A stretch of DNA of 64,000 nt, from assembly GCA_951406725.2 (NCBI GenBank), contig OX597828.1, forward strand, positions 29,512,001 to 29,576,000, in the 5' to 3' direction. The translations under genes and the position numbers were made by a program. Of this stretch, positions 1 to 16,597 are shown in pieces. Source of the DNA: Octopus vulgaris (taxonomy: Eukaryota). Within the stretch, counting starts at the first letter, position 1. Every line of letters begins with the position of its first letter. The notes under the pieces were generated by a model, which was given only the letters and a program-made list of their open reading frames with translations, had not been told where the DNA came from and searched no databases.

Positions 1-99
1 ATACCCACCCTTAGTGGTTAGCCATATTGAGATGGGGCTAAAAGCTATAGTAACTACTGAGATGGGGCTATATCTATTGATATATATATATATATAATC

Positions 100-810
100 A
101 ATATGGCAACACTGTACAGGCGAGTGGCTGGCTGGATTGTGAGGACATTCAGAACGAGGAAAAACGGAAGCCCTGCTACTCCTATGGAAGACTTTCGTTC
201 TTAATCGCTTGGTTTACTGCTCCCAACTATAGTCTCTAGAAAGGGTGAAAGAAACTCTGGAAATCGAAGCAATCCTGGCCAATACACAAAGAAAATTAAC
301 TCGATGCAAAATATGGGCTACTGGGAGAGGCTAAAGGAGGTGAGTCTCTATTCCCCGGAGAGAAGAGAGATATGCGGTGATATATATTTTGAATATCTTG
401 GTGGGTTTAGCTCCCAATTTTGTAATTGACAGCTATACCAGTCCTCGACCTGGACGCCACTGCATCATACCAAAGTTCCTGTCTTCCCCATCTACAAAAA
501 AAAAAAAAAAAAAAGGACACAGTACTGCAATAGTCTGGGTTTCAATGGCCCGCAATTATTCAACATCCTTCAAGGCAACCTTAGAGATCTACATGGTGTT
601 GATGTGGAAGTTTTCAAGGAACCTCTGGACAGGATTCTATCTGAGATACCAGACGAACCCACATCACGGCAGGAAACGCAAAGAAGAGCAGCTCCGTCCA
701 ACTCGCTACTTCACCAAAATCAGTATCGGAAACAACATCCAGTAACTACAGGTGGTGCACCACCATGACCTCAGCCCTGGGCTGAAACCAGTAAAAGATA
801 AAAGATAATG
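100..810 (+). mobile_element. CR1-like LINE, decayed 3' end of ORF2 plus 3' tail
   Basis: Frameshifted translation gives GWIVRTFRTR..LLLWKTFVLNRLVYCSQL, YWERLKEVSLYS.ERR, ILVGLAPN, FNGPQLFNIL, IPDEPT..RAAPSNSLLHQ. These are typical C-terminal motifs of CR1-clade ORF2. Ends in a GTAAAAGATAAAAGA tail. Confidence 0.8.
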
Positions 811-812
811 AA

Positions 813-882
<70 letters not shown>

Positions 883-921
883 TTATGAATTTGTGTTGCA
901 AGATACCGGATTTGAAAACGT

Positions 922-3025
<2,104 letters not shown>

Positions 3026-3382
3026 CAATATAGGGTGGCAAAAAAAAATTTTGTAGAATTCTTTTGCCAAGAAATTACAGGTTAAAAGTTTTTCAATTTT
3101 CTCCTGGTTTACGGAATTAATGTTATTTTGCGGTTAAAGCTTTTGGCTGTTATTTCTAGTGGGTGAATGGCCTATTATGGCCGTTCCTTGATTGTGATAT
3201 ATATATATATATATATATTGTTATAGTTCTATATATATATATATATGCACGCGCAAATATATTATACAGGATTAAACACGTGATGCCTGAAAATTTTCGA
3301 AATTCGGTAATACATATCCGTAACATATATTGCGTGCGTGTGTGTGTGTGTGAACGTGAGTGACAGAGAGAGATAGAGGGGG

Positions 3383-3433
<51 letters not shown>

Positions 3434-4028
3434 TGTGTATGTGTGTGTTTTATTAGAATTTGTCTTACATCTCCGCTACTAAAGGTTTCGTAGTGATAGA
3501 GATCAGCACTTTTACCACTTTCCTGTAACCGTCACTGGCGTCGAGTCACTCGCCTTGGGGGCTACTCTCACTATCTGCTACTCGATCAATCATTCCCATT
3601 TCATTTTTCACAGTTATGAAAAGGCTTGGTGTCTTTCACAAGAGGAATTGTACCAGGAAGAAGAAGAAGAGAAAAAAACAAAATATTTATGTCTATTAAT
3701 TCTAAGTGTTTATCACAACATTCACTGGCAACGAGCAGGGGACAAATGAGCAAAAGAAAAGCGTGGAGACTAGGAGTTGCGTGTCTAAATTTTAAACCAG
3801 TAAATCTGTATCATTGAAAATCGAGGGCGACCTTTATATATGCATTTGAATTGGGCTAAAACACTTGAGATAGTAAAAGTCAAAGGCAGGCTTCGATTAT
3901 TGGATTTTGAACACACACTATTATTTATAACTGTATCTGCTTCGTGCTTCACTGTTCCAAAGCAGAATAATTTCACGTTCTCTCGAAGTTTCTAAATTCT
4001 TATCGTTCATACACACACACACACATTC

Positions 4029-4073
<45 letters not shown>

Positions 4074-4103
4074 ACACACACACATTCACACACACACATA
4101 TCC

Positions 4104-4334
4104 ATTTCTTTACTGCCCACAAAAGGTTATACACAGAGGGGACAAACAAGGACAGACAAACGGATTAAGTCGATTATATCAACCCCAGTGCGTAACTGGT
4201 ACTTATTTAATCGACCCCGAAAGGATGAAAGGCAAAGTCGACCTCGGCGGAATTTGAACTCAGAACGTAACGGCAGACGAAATACAGCTACGCATTTCGC
4301 CCGGCGTGCTAACGTATCTGCCAGCTCGCCGCCT
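4104..4334 (-). mobile_element. tRNA-derived SINE family A (MetaSINE-like core), full length
   Basis: Minus strand reads GGCGGCGAGCTGGCAGA.., B-box GAGTTCAAATTCC, core GCCTTTCATCCTTTCGGGGTCGAT..AAGTACCAG and tail GTGGGCAGTAAAGAAAT. Many near-identical copies in the window. Confidence 0.9.
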
Positions 4335-5167
4335 TCACACACACACACATATCAGTGACGTGGCTATAATGTGTGCCGCTCGGGATAGCCCTTGAGATTG
4401 CCGTCCTGTTGAACCCAGAAGCCTATCCAGGCTTATACTGTAGACTCAAAAGTGCCAGTGCGTCCCTCATAAAAGTGTCAGTCACGGTACGCCTCTCCTG
4501 CCCCATGACATTTACGCTACACGCACGAGCGAGCACACACATACATACACGCACACACACACACACACACAAACACCCACACACATTGAAGAAATACGTG
4601 TTTGTTCTCTTCTTTCTGATTAAGCGACATCAGTTACAAATTGAACAATATCACCAGATGTGCTTGTTATGTATCCTATATTTAAATATATATATATAAA
4701 GAAATATATATTTATTTATGTATTTGATGTCCTTCAGTCTCTGTGGGAGGTAACCACGAAAGGGCGCTATGGAAGGGTCTAGATATTCAGAGGCCCGTCA
4801 GTGTTCTTCGACGTATAAACAGACCTCTAAGTAATATAGTCACGTTGTATGGGTCTGATGTAAGACAATACGTGTTTTCCAGATCCAGTTCCCAGACACC
4901 CGATTCGGCGAGATTATGGGGTTGATATCTCCATGGATTCCTTTTATTTAAGGATAACTTACTGAGATACCTCTATGTGTCGACGAGAATACAGAGGACG
5001 TCTTCGACGAAATCAATGGCTGCGATCACTACTAACTTATTAACGACTATTATAATTTATTAAACCACGTGACTTACTAAGGTGTACAGTGGATAGTATG
5101 GATGTGATATCTCCCTACCAATGAACCTGACAGTATTACCGCGGAGAGGATCTAATTAACTCCATCT

Positions 5168-5438
5168 ATCCGTCGGTTAGACGAGTGTTCCAGCTGATTC
5201 AGTAAACGGAACAGCCTGCTTGTGAAATTAACGTTCAAGTGACTGAGCACTCTTCAGACCCACATATCCTTAACATAATTCTCCTGGAGATTAAGCGTGA
5301 CACAGAATCTGCCAAGGTTGGCCCCTTTGAATTGCAGGTATAACTTTTGCTCTCAAGGACACAACGCGCCGGCAGGAATCGAACTTATGAACTTATCGTG
5401 AGCCGAATACGCCTAACCACTAAGCCACGGGCCTTCAC
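5168..5438 (-). mobile_element. tRNA-derived SINE family C
   Basis: Minus-strand head GTGAAGG..GTGGCTTAGTGGTTAGG..GTTCGATTCC, then TGTGTCCTTGAG. Homologous to 21139-21463. Confidence 0.8.
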
Positions 5439-5615
5439 ACTCATCCATAGGTCAAATACAAAGAGAAGAAGAAAACTTCTTTCCTTGCCATTGAACCCTG
5501 ACTAGAGAATATAGTTGACAAAATACAGGTCCTCAATTGTTCCGGACCCATAGCCACTTAGATGCTTAGTCCATGTGTATGTGTGTCCACGCGAACGCAC
5601 GCACACACACACATA

Positions 5616-5770
<155 letters not shown>

Positions 5771-6357
5771 CAAAATAAGTTAAGAGAAACAAACTAGGGT
5801 GGTCACTGGCAAGAATTTGGGCAACGAAGACGTACAAATGTATGCGAAATGCCATACAATATAGAATCTCTGATTTATGGAAATTATCTTCGCTTGCAGA
5901 CGATGTAAACAAACACCTAGCGACAATTGTAACCGATACCGTATAAAGCAGGGGAGATAATCTGCAAGAATCAATAATTCTCCTAATGTAACATGTCGTT
6001 AGGGAAAAGATTGCTTTATTTTTCTATAGACAACGAAAGCTTGTGAACACTTCCTTCTACCTGGACAGGAGTGATGAGCATAAATGATAGCAGACATCTT
6101 TATTATATTAGACAAAGGATAACGGTTTCTAATCGAGGTACGGGGCTAGCAATTTTAATGGTAAGGGCTCTGTGGATAGCTTCGATCGCAATACTTTATT
6201 TTCTCGACCCCGGAGTCATGAAAGGCTAGGTTGACCTCGGCAGGTTTTGACATCAGAATGTTAAGAGCCGGAAGAAATACCGCAAAGCATTTTCTTTTCA
6301 CTCTAATGAGCCTGCCGGCTCGACGCCAAAACTAATAATATAGTATGATGTAATCAC

Positions 6358-6407
<50 letters not shown>

Positions 6408-6569
6408 TGTGTGTGCTGTCCGGGTTGACCCTTCCTTTTGCCGTCTCCGGACACCACAAAAATACATATTGCCTTCAGCAGACCCCTTTAAAAGTGCCGC
6501 TCGGAGCAGACCTCCCCTAGCTACGCTTGTGTGTATATATACATATATATGCATGCATGTGTGTGTGTG

Positions 6570-6808
6570 CTTGTATGTGTTTGTGCTTATCCCCCCACCA
6601 CGTCTTGACAACCGGCGTTGGTGTGTTTACGCCCCCAAAACTTAGCGGTTCGGTAAAAGTAACGCTAGAATAAGTATCAGGCTTAACAAAACACAAATAC
6701 TGGAGTCGATTCTTCAAGGTGGTGCTCCAAGTGTCTTCTACTATAGCCTCGGGCCGACCAAAGCTTTGTGAGTGGATTTGGTAGACGGAAACTGAAATGA
6801 AGCTCATC

Positions 6809-6876
<68 letters not shown>

Positions 6877-7488
6877 ATTTGTGTGTATGTGTGTGTGTCT
6901 TTGTGTCTGTGTTTGTCCTACCACCATCGCTTGACTACCGATGTTGGTGTGTTTACGTCCTCGTGACTTAGCGGTTCGGCAAAAGCAGCCGATAGAATAA
7001 GTACGAGGCTTACAAAGAATAAGTCTCGGGGTCGATTTGTTCGACCATAGGTGGTGCTACAGCATGACCGCACTCACATACTGGAAACAATTAAATAAAA
7101 ACTAGCTGTGTGGTAAGTAGCTTGCTTACCAACCACATGGTTCCGGGTTCAGTCCCACTACGTGACATCTTGGGCAAGTGTCTTCTGCTATAGCCTCGGG
7201 CCGACCAATGCCTTGTGAGTGGATTTGGTAGACGGAAACTGAAAGAAGCCTGTCGTATATATGTATATATATATATATATATGTATGTGTGTCTGCGTTT
7301 GTCCTCCTAGCATTGCTTGACAACCGATGCTGGTGTGTTTACGTCCCCGTCACTTAGCGGTTCGGCAAAAAGGGATCGATAGAACAAATACTGGGCTTAC
7401 AAAGAATAAGTCTCGGAGTCGAGTTGCTCGATTAAAGGCGGTGCTCCAGCATGGCTGCAGTCAAATGACTGAAACAAGTAAACGAGAA
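6570..7488 (+). mobile_element. Cluster of SINE family B copies (partial copies plus one near-full copy at 7103-7488)
   Basis: Head TGTGTGGTAAGTAGCTT..GGGTTCAGTCCC, body GGGCAAGTGTCTTC..GGATTTGGTAGACGGAAACTG, internal TA/TG microsatellite and tail GGTGCTCCAGCATGG..GACTGAAACAAGTAAA. Confidence 0.88.
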
Positions 7489-7515
7489 ACGAGATACAAT
7501 ATATATATAATATAT

Positions 7516-7588
<73 letters not shown>

Positions 7589-7821
7589 GTGTGTGTGAGA
7601 GAAAGAAAATTGTTCTCACACCTGTTGAATAAAGAAAGAGAGAGAGTGAGAGAGAGAAAAGCGAAACAAAGCCGACCTCTTCCCTCTCTCTTTTACTCCC
7701 TGCCTATCTGTTGTCACTATGAGTGCGTACATGTTTATAGATTTATGTATGGCTATCCGTTGCGTGCGTACAAGCTACAGCATAAGCGCTGACTTGTCGA
7801 CTGGCTGCTTCGTCGGTCGTC

Positions 7822-7869
<48 letters not shown>

Positions 7870-8350
7870 TTGTGTGTGTTCGGGTTGTTCCAATGTAATT
7901 TTTCCCTTTCTTTTTTCTCTCTTATTGTTCACCTCTTTCTCCTCCTCTGTTCGTCGCTTTTGTCTGTCTATCCTTTGCCAGCTTATTCAGGCAGCCACCC
8001 AACCAGCCTGCCTGCCTGCCTGCCTGTTTGCCGGCCAGTCAGTCAGTCTGCTTGTCTGTTCGCCTGTGTGGCTGTCCGTTTTCACTCGTCGTCTGGGGGA
8101 GACTCTCATTTACCTGAGTGCATGTATCCACATCGCGGATGCGAACCACGTTGGTTTACTTTCGATGTCACAGGTAAATTGCCTTGCCTCTTATCCGTTG
8201 TTTAACCCTAACCCTAACTTACTGCTTCGTTCATTTTTATTTAGAATTTACAAGTCAGTCGTTAGCTGATTGCAAAAGTTTTCTTGTGTGAATCTAAATA
8301 GCACAAAAGCGTTTGCGAACATTACGAAAACATTAGTGTTTGGGAAATAC

Positions 8351-8405
<55 letters not shown>

Positions 8406-8593
8406 TGTGTACAGTGCTCAGGTGCACTACAACTCATATAATATGTATGTATGTGTATGTATGTATGTATGTATGTATGTATGTATGTATGTATGTATGT
8501 GTGTATGTATGTATGCGTGTATATATGTATGTCTTGTATGTATGTATATGTGTGTGTACTTATATATGTATGTATGTGTGTATGTGTGTATAT

Positions 8594-8624
<31 letters not shown>

Positions 8625-8721
8625 AGGGAGAATGAGAGAGAGAGCGTGAGAGAGAGAAATTGATACATTCTTGGGTGTGCGTATGTGTGAGTACATGCAT
8701 ATATATGTGCATAATGTACGT

Positions 8722-8760
<39 letters not shown>

Positions 8761-9379
8761 AACATATATATGTACATATAAAATACGTACATATATATAA
8801 TACGTATATATAAACACTTCTTTATTACATACGTTCGAGTGCATGTATACATACATACACACACATAAACATACATATATACCATACATATATACATACT
8901 AACATACATACATACTTACATACATACATACATACATACATATAAATATTATATATTATATATTATATATATTATACCAGGCCATGATTATAATCAGTTC
9001 CGCACTAGGTACTTTTTTTTAATCACCGGGGACACACACACACACACACACACACCAGGTTTCACTGTAATGTTTAGTCCCAGTTTTCCCCGCTGGTGAA
9101 CTAAATAAAGAAGCAAATGGAGTGAAGAAGATTTATATATATATATACACAGCGGATAAATAAATATATAAATGAACTTTGGTATACACGTATTGAGTAC
9201 TACTTTTCTCTCTTCAGTGCATATCGAGACGTGTGTATTATTGATAAACTGCGTTGTTTTATATACCGTGTCCAGAGTTTTCTTTTCATATCGAACCAGC
9301 TTAGGTTTTGATCTTCGATTTTTAGTGTTCGTCTAAGTAATTGCATCAGAACAATTGTATATACACTATACATACATAC

Positions 9380-9443
<64 letters not shown>

Positions 9444-9702
9444 AGTGTGTATGTATTGAAATTTAATAACGATATAGCGAAGAAGGAAGGGCCGGACTAC
9501 GCAGTCAATAGATTTGCTAGAAACAATAGTCAAATGTCCCTCAAATCATACATTTGCTGCCTTGAAAATTCAAACCGGACAGTGTAGTTGTCTTCGATTA
9601 ATAAGTCTTCTACTTCAGAGCTGACCTGGTGGTAAACAACAAACAACAATAACAACATATCAAGCACCATGACTTTCGTTTCTGTTATATACTTGTCATA
9701 GT

Positions 9703-9792
<90 letters not shown>

Positions 9793-9908
9793 CCTTTTAC
9801 GATCCCTTTTGATCGAAAACCAACCCCCTTTTTTTACCCCCAAAAGAAAAGCTCTACCTTGTAATTTGTTCTGTCTGTGTGCAGCCCTGTGTGGCTAATA
9901 AAGAAACA

Positions 9909-9979
<71 letters not shown>

Positions 9980-11222
9980 GAAAGAGAAAGCTATATATAT
10001 ATATCTATCTCGATATATATAGCTTTCTCTTTCACACTCAATATCCTTCTTTATATATATATATGTACAACACCCACACATACACACAAATATATACAAA
10101 TGAGGAACCTTTACTTACTATGTAACAAACACCTGCCACAGACGTTTATACACATATACACACACGCATGCACAAAACTTCCGTGTGTAACATGAAACTA
10201 CGGCTCTATACTTCCCAAGTTCCTATTCACGGTGCAGGCTGCAACATGATCTTGTTTATTCTTATTATGGAAGACCTGTAGCTCTCCATGCGTGCACATC
10301 ACCTCTGTCTACGTTTCCGATGTTGTCCAAGGGAACAGCAAGACCTGTGACAGATTAGAAACCAGTATCATTTGGTTTGAATTGGTATCAGAAGGCTAAA
10401 TGCAGGGACAGATTTATCTTAGGGGTATCTTTCAAAAATACCCAGAATTCTATGGATTCCTTGTTCTTATCAACATTAACGTCAGCAGGATTTGAACTCG
10501 GAACACTGCGAAAATATTGGTTTGAAATTTTGGCGCAAGACCAACAGTTTCCGACGAGAGGTGCTGAGTTGATTACATCGATCCCCAACGTTCAACCCTG
10601 AAAGGATGAGAAGCAAAGTCGACCCCCGGCGGCGTTTGAAACTGCGAAATTATTGCATAGCGCTTTATTTTGTGCATGAGTAAGTTGTGTGTGTGTGTGT
10701 GTGTGTGTGGGGGGGTCTGTGTGTGTGCGCACGCGCGTATATGCTCACGCATACGTCAGGTTAATAGCGTTGGAAACAGCTGAGCTTTCGGTGTTGCTCT
10801 AGCGTGCGGTCTGTCGCAGTATCCGTAGTCCAAACAGTGAATTGACCTGATCCGGATTAGGAACAGGATTAATGTTTTGAGGTTAGGGTTTGCGTTTAGA
10901 GTTAGCGTTAGATGCACGCTTAACTGTAAAAGTCCAGGTGGACCACACGCTAAAGTGGCACTCGAAATAAGTACTCAAATTGTTAAATCAAATTGTTTGA
11001 TGAGGCAAACTTTCACGTTCATATCCTGCTGTTTTCCAATGTGCCTATCATACGTCCATGGACAAAACAGGAACAAATATTTAAGTGGAAAGTTTAATTC
11101 AATGCAAACAGGCGTGGTTCAAAGACCCGACCCACCCGTATCATATGTACGTACGATATATACGTATGCATAGGATCTGGAATATGAGTTTACGTGTGTA
11201 TGCGTGTGTGCATCAAACAGAA

Positions 11223-11263
<41 letters not shown>

Positions 11264-11324
11264 ATATATAAATATAAATAATATATAAATATATGCATAT
11301 GTATATATATATATATATATGTGT

Positions 11325-11540
11325 GTGTATGTGTTTGTGTGCCTGTGTTTGTCCCCCCAACATCGCTTGACAACCGATGCTGGTGTGTTTACGTCTCCGC
11401 AACTTAGCGGTTCGGCAAAAGAGACCGATAGAATAAGTACTAGGCTTACAAAGAATAAGTCCTGGGGTCGATTTGCCCGACTAAAAGGTGGTGCTCCAGC
11501 ATGGCCGCAGTCAAATGACTGAAACAAGTAAAACAGTAAA
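11325..11540 (+). mobile_element. SINE family B, 3' half
   Basis: Matches the 3' half of the copy at 20063-20487. Confidence 0.88.
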
Positions 11541-12163
11541 ACAGCAATATATACATACACATATGTACATACGTACATATATATGTACATCCCTACATAT
11601 ATATATATATATATTATGTATATATACATGCATATATGAGTATAGGACATTTAAAAAAAACGTGAACAAAATGAGAAACGAGAACATAAAAAAAAACAAA
11701 AAAACTTTTCTTTGAACAACGAAAGGAACAAACAGAGAAACAAGACAGGCAACATAAAGAATAGTCCCTTCATCAGTTGTCCCCTGTTTTATCTTGTTCG
11801 AAAAAAAATGTTTCTTTTTCTATGGTTTTGTTTTTATGTTCCCGTTTCTCATTTCGTTCACGTTTTTGTGATGTCCGGTACCCATATACGCATGTATATA
11901 TATAAGATTAGAGGATTCGAAAGGCCCGGTCCGTTTTTTGTATCGTCTATTTGAATGTTTTGCGTTCCTGTCACATTTTGTATTTTTAATATATATTTTT
12001 TATACATATACATACATTATATGTAGGTATATACATATATGTATGTATATATGCATATATTTATATATTATTTATATTATTATATGATCGAACGCCACGC
12101 ATCCATTTCCAAATACACACACACACACACACACACACACATTTATTTGTTTACAGAATATAA

Positions 12164-12393
12164 ATTTCTTTACTACCCACAAGGGCTAAACACAGAGGGG
12201 ACGAACAAGGACAGACGAATGGATTAAGTCGATTACATCGACCCCAGTACGTTAAAGGTACTTAATTTATCGACCCCGAAAGGATGAAAGGCAAAGTCGA
12301 CCTCGGCGGAATTTGAACTCAGAACGTAGCGGCAGACGAAATATGGCTACTCATCTCGCCCGGCGTGCTAACGTGTCTGCCAGCTCACCGCCC
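12164..12393 (-). mobile_element. SINE family A with 16-bp target-site duplication
   Basis: Family A sequence flanked by TTGTTTACAGAATATA at 12147-12162 and 12396-12411. Confidence 0.93.
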
Positions 12394-12546
12394 TATTGTT
12401 TACAGAATATAGGTTTGATAAACACAGCGTGTGTGTCAGTAGACATCTCAATGCCTCCATATGTACTCATCTTACATTTTTCTTTGAAATTGTACTCGTA
12501 TAATAGAAATGCACAAAATTTGGAACCAGTGTAAAGCGTGCATATA

Positions 12547-12633
<87 letters not shown>

Positions 12634-13076
12634 ATGAGTGTGTGTGTGTGTGGTTAATAACATTCACCTTATTTTATATATTTTATATGTAAACGTATTT
12701 GTTTATCTATAAAGGTACCAACACCTACCACAGAAAGCTAGCAACACATACACACGCTCTCTCTCTCTCTTCCTCGCTTTCCCTTTCTCCCCCCTCTCTC
12801 TCTCTCTCTACCTCTTTTTCTCTCGCTGCAGCACGTTCATTCTGATTATATACACCTTTATTTTTTTTATTCTAATTCTCTTCTTTAATTCAATAGTATA
12901 TATGATATATATATATATATATATATATATGACAAGTATATATATTATATATATATATATATATATCGCCGCAATGTTTGCGCTGTGGTTACTTTCGCGA
13001 CCTAACTCAACGTCAGAAAGCACACATATATATATATATAGGTCTTTCTTTCTTTCTCTCTCTCCCTCTCCCTCTT

Positions 13077-13191
<115 letters not shown>

Positions 13192-13242
13192 CTACACACA
13201 TATATATAGATATATATATATATATATGTGTGTGTTTGTGTG

Positions 13243-13374
<132 letters not shown>

Positions 13375-13873
13375 ATATATCTTTTATCTTATACTTGTTT
13401 CAGTCATTAGACTGCGGTCATGCTGGTGTGTATGTATGAATGTATGTGTGTATATATGTATGTGTGTATGTATGTATGTACGCATGTACGCGTGTGTGTA
13501 TGTATGTATGTATGTATGTATGTATGTACGCATGTATGTATGTATGTGTGTGTGTGTGTGTTTCATGACTTTCATAATAGTCTCAGTAACTGTTAGTACT
13601 ATTTACCGGCCTGTCTTCGTAATTGACTCAGAGTAAGGGAGTAGTAGCAGCGAAGGAGAGAAGAGAAGAGAGAGAGAAGAGAGAAGAGAAAGAGAAAGAG
13701 AGAGAGAGAGAGAAAGAGAAGAGAGAATGAAAAGGACGGGGGTAAAGGTGAGGGCTAGGAGCCAGAAAGAGGAAGGGTGAGAGGGGTTGTGAGTGAAGTA
13801 TGATTTAATAATACATTTATTCATTTATGCCTCTCCAGGTAAGTTTTAACCTGCAACTCAACAGACGTGTCTG

Positions 13874-13904
<31 letters not shown>

Positions 13905-13987
13905 CGCAAACATGTTACATATTCAACCACCTGTTCACTTGCTCACCTGTTCACTAACACAATACATATGAAGAATCGATACGGTGT

Positions 13988-14310
13988 TTATCTTTTATCT
14001 TTTACTTGTTCCAGTCAATGGACTGCGGCCATGCTGGAGCATCACCTTGAAGGGTGTAGTGACGAACAAGTCGACACGAGAAGTTATACTTTTAAAAGTC
14101 TGATACTTATTCTATCGATCTCTTTTGTTGAACCGATAGGTTTCGAGGATGTAAACAAGTCAATACCAGTTGTCAAGCAGAGTGGGTGTGCAAACACTAG
14201 GTAGACAGTCATAAAGACTGACAGACAGACAGACACGACGAGCTTCCACACAGTTTCCATGAGACCAAATGCACTCACAAAGATTGGTCGGTCTGGAGTT
14301 TTAGAAAAAG
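13988..14310 (-). mobile_element. SINE family B, diverged copy
   Basis: Reverse complement of the family B tail (TTTTACTTGTT.CAGTC..GCGGCCATGCTGGAGCA) and body. Confidence 0.75.
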
Positions 14311-14479
14311 ATAACCAAAAATGATAACCAACATACATACATACATACATAATACATACATACATATATATATACATATATACATATATATATATATATA
14401 TGTATGTATATATATATATATGTATGTATGTATGTATTTATGTATATATATATGTATATATATTATGTATATATTTATT

Positions 14480-14514
<35 letters not shown>

Positions 14515-14574
14515 GTATATGTATATGTATATGTATATATATGTATGTATATTATATATTATTATATATGTATT

Positions 14575-14606
<32 letters not shown>

Positions 14607-16597
14607 TGTATGTATGTATGTATGTATGTATATATAGTGCCTCATAATGTCGGGGCACATTTTATTTGTAGTTTAGAAGATCTTGAGACACTCGACTACG
14701 ATAATGCCAGTCATTGTTACTTGCGTTTAAGACGTGTCCCATCATAATGAGACACACACACACACATGCAGAGGGTGAAATTCAGAGAGAGAGATAGAGA
14801 GAGAGAGATGTAAAGCAGACTGCTGAGCATGGGTTTTTCAGTAAAGAGAATTTCGTTTAACTTTGCTGTGAAAAGTTTGTACTGAGTTTGTTCTTTGATT
14901 AAAATTTATGATTTTCTCTCTGAGGTTAGGAAAATAGTTCAACTGGTCAAACTTCTGCTTTATTGTTGCTTCATCAGAAGCCATTATTCCATTGCTCTGC
15001 CCTTAGAGAGAATTGTAGCTTATGGCTGAGTTTTTTTTTTCTCATCCTCTCTCAACGTTATTGCCGAGAAAGTAACTGAACAGGCTCTTCTGTGCCTGGG
15101 TTGTTTCCAGAAGCATGTTCCTAGCCCCAAGTACACTTATCGCCTCTCCACTCACGAACATGCCATAAAGGAAAGACAAATCGATAGGTTTGCAGCGTCG
15201 ATGAAGCCGCAAGAGATGCCAAATATTGGTGAATTATACATATCACCCGTACGCTCACTCTCTCCGAATTTTCTGTAGGAGTTTACTCCCTTGGCATTTT
15301 GTTTAAACAGTCAATAAATTACTTCATAAGGCAGCAAGGGTTTATTATTACAGTGGGCAATGGTTTGTGCTGTACTAATTCCAAACTACCATCCTTCAAA
15401 CTTGTATTGGTCTGGTGCGACAAGCACTACGAGGGCAGTAAGTATCAGGATGCAACATTTGTATAGTGTTGACTTCTCTTAAGTGAGCAGTTAAAGAGCT
15501 GAAGGGCCCTGTCTACCCTGGGTCCGTTGGGAGTGTTTATATGTAACCTTCTTCCGGAGGCAATTACGTGACTTGTTAATTAACCCATAGGTAAGACCCT
15601 GGCAGATGCTAATATATTGGGTCAGAGTAGATCTGAGTACAATATTGGCTAAGAGATGCTTCAATACACCTCAACACCGGGTTTCGAGCTCCCAAACCAG
15701 GGCTTACTATCGGATGCAATGAAAAGACATATCCTGGACAAAGTAGCGTATAGCTAGGCATATTATGCACCAACTTGAGTTAACTGGTCTGCTTCTGTGT
15801 ATATAACAATGAAAGAGTTGGCAACACTTGTATTTTCATAGAAGTACTACACTTTGTCAAGATGGAGATATAAGGTAAACTAACAAGCTCGATCTTTTAG
15901 TAAACGGCACATGTTTAACCCTCGGTGTTAAAAGCAGATACTGTGGAACAAGTGCTCGCTCGGTCTGGTAAAGAATGGATTCAGATATCAACAAAATCAC
16001 ACCTGATGTAAGAGTTTTACGTTACATGGTTTTATGTATCCCTAGAAAGACTGTGATAGTTAGGCTTGGAATGATTTTCTTGTCTGTTCAGTCAATTTGG
16101 ACCTGAAGATTAGCGACTGGATACGCGTGCAAATATCTATCTATGCATGTTCACTCTTATGCGCGTACGAAATTAATTCTATTTTTGAAATGGTAGGAAA
16201 CTTTCAGGAGAGCTGAACAGTAGAAGGTTTTCAAAGAAGAAGCCCCACTCAGGTAGGTGTTTCGACCCTTAACTTCCTACACTCTTAGGAGGACGAGCAG
16301 CATCCAGGTCATGAATCTTGTGAGCCCTTCTGTTGACATCCTTCAGCCGCTTGGATATCGGAGACTTGAACATTTAAGCAACTTGGAGATTTCATCTACC
16401 TGGAACTATCTCTGTTGACTTTGCTTTCAAACTTGAACTTTTTATTACATCTATGAATGTACGAATATTTAAATATGTATAGGTTTATGAATTTCTGCAG
16501 CAAGATTCCTGATGAGAAACCGTGTGTTGAAATAGATATTGTTATATTTTGGAATGGTAATTTTTTTTATTTTTGGCAAATAAACACGCACTATATA

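Noticed and set aside
8203-8218. TAACCCTAACCCTAAC telomere-like repeat
   Set aside because: Fewer than three units, which is too short to call an interstitial telomere.
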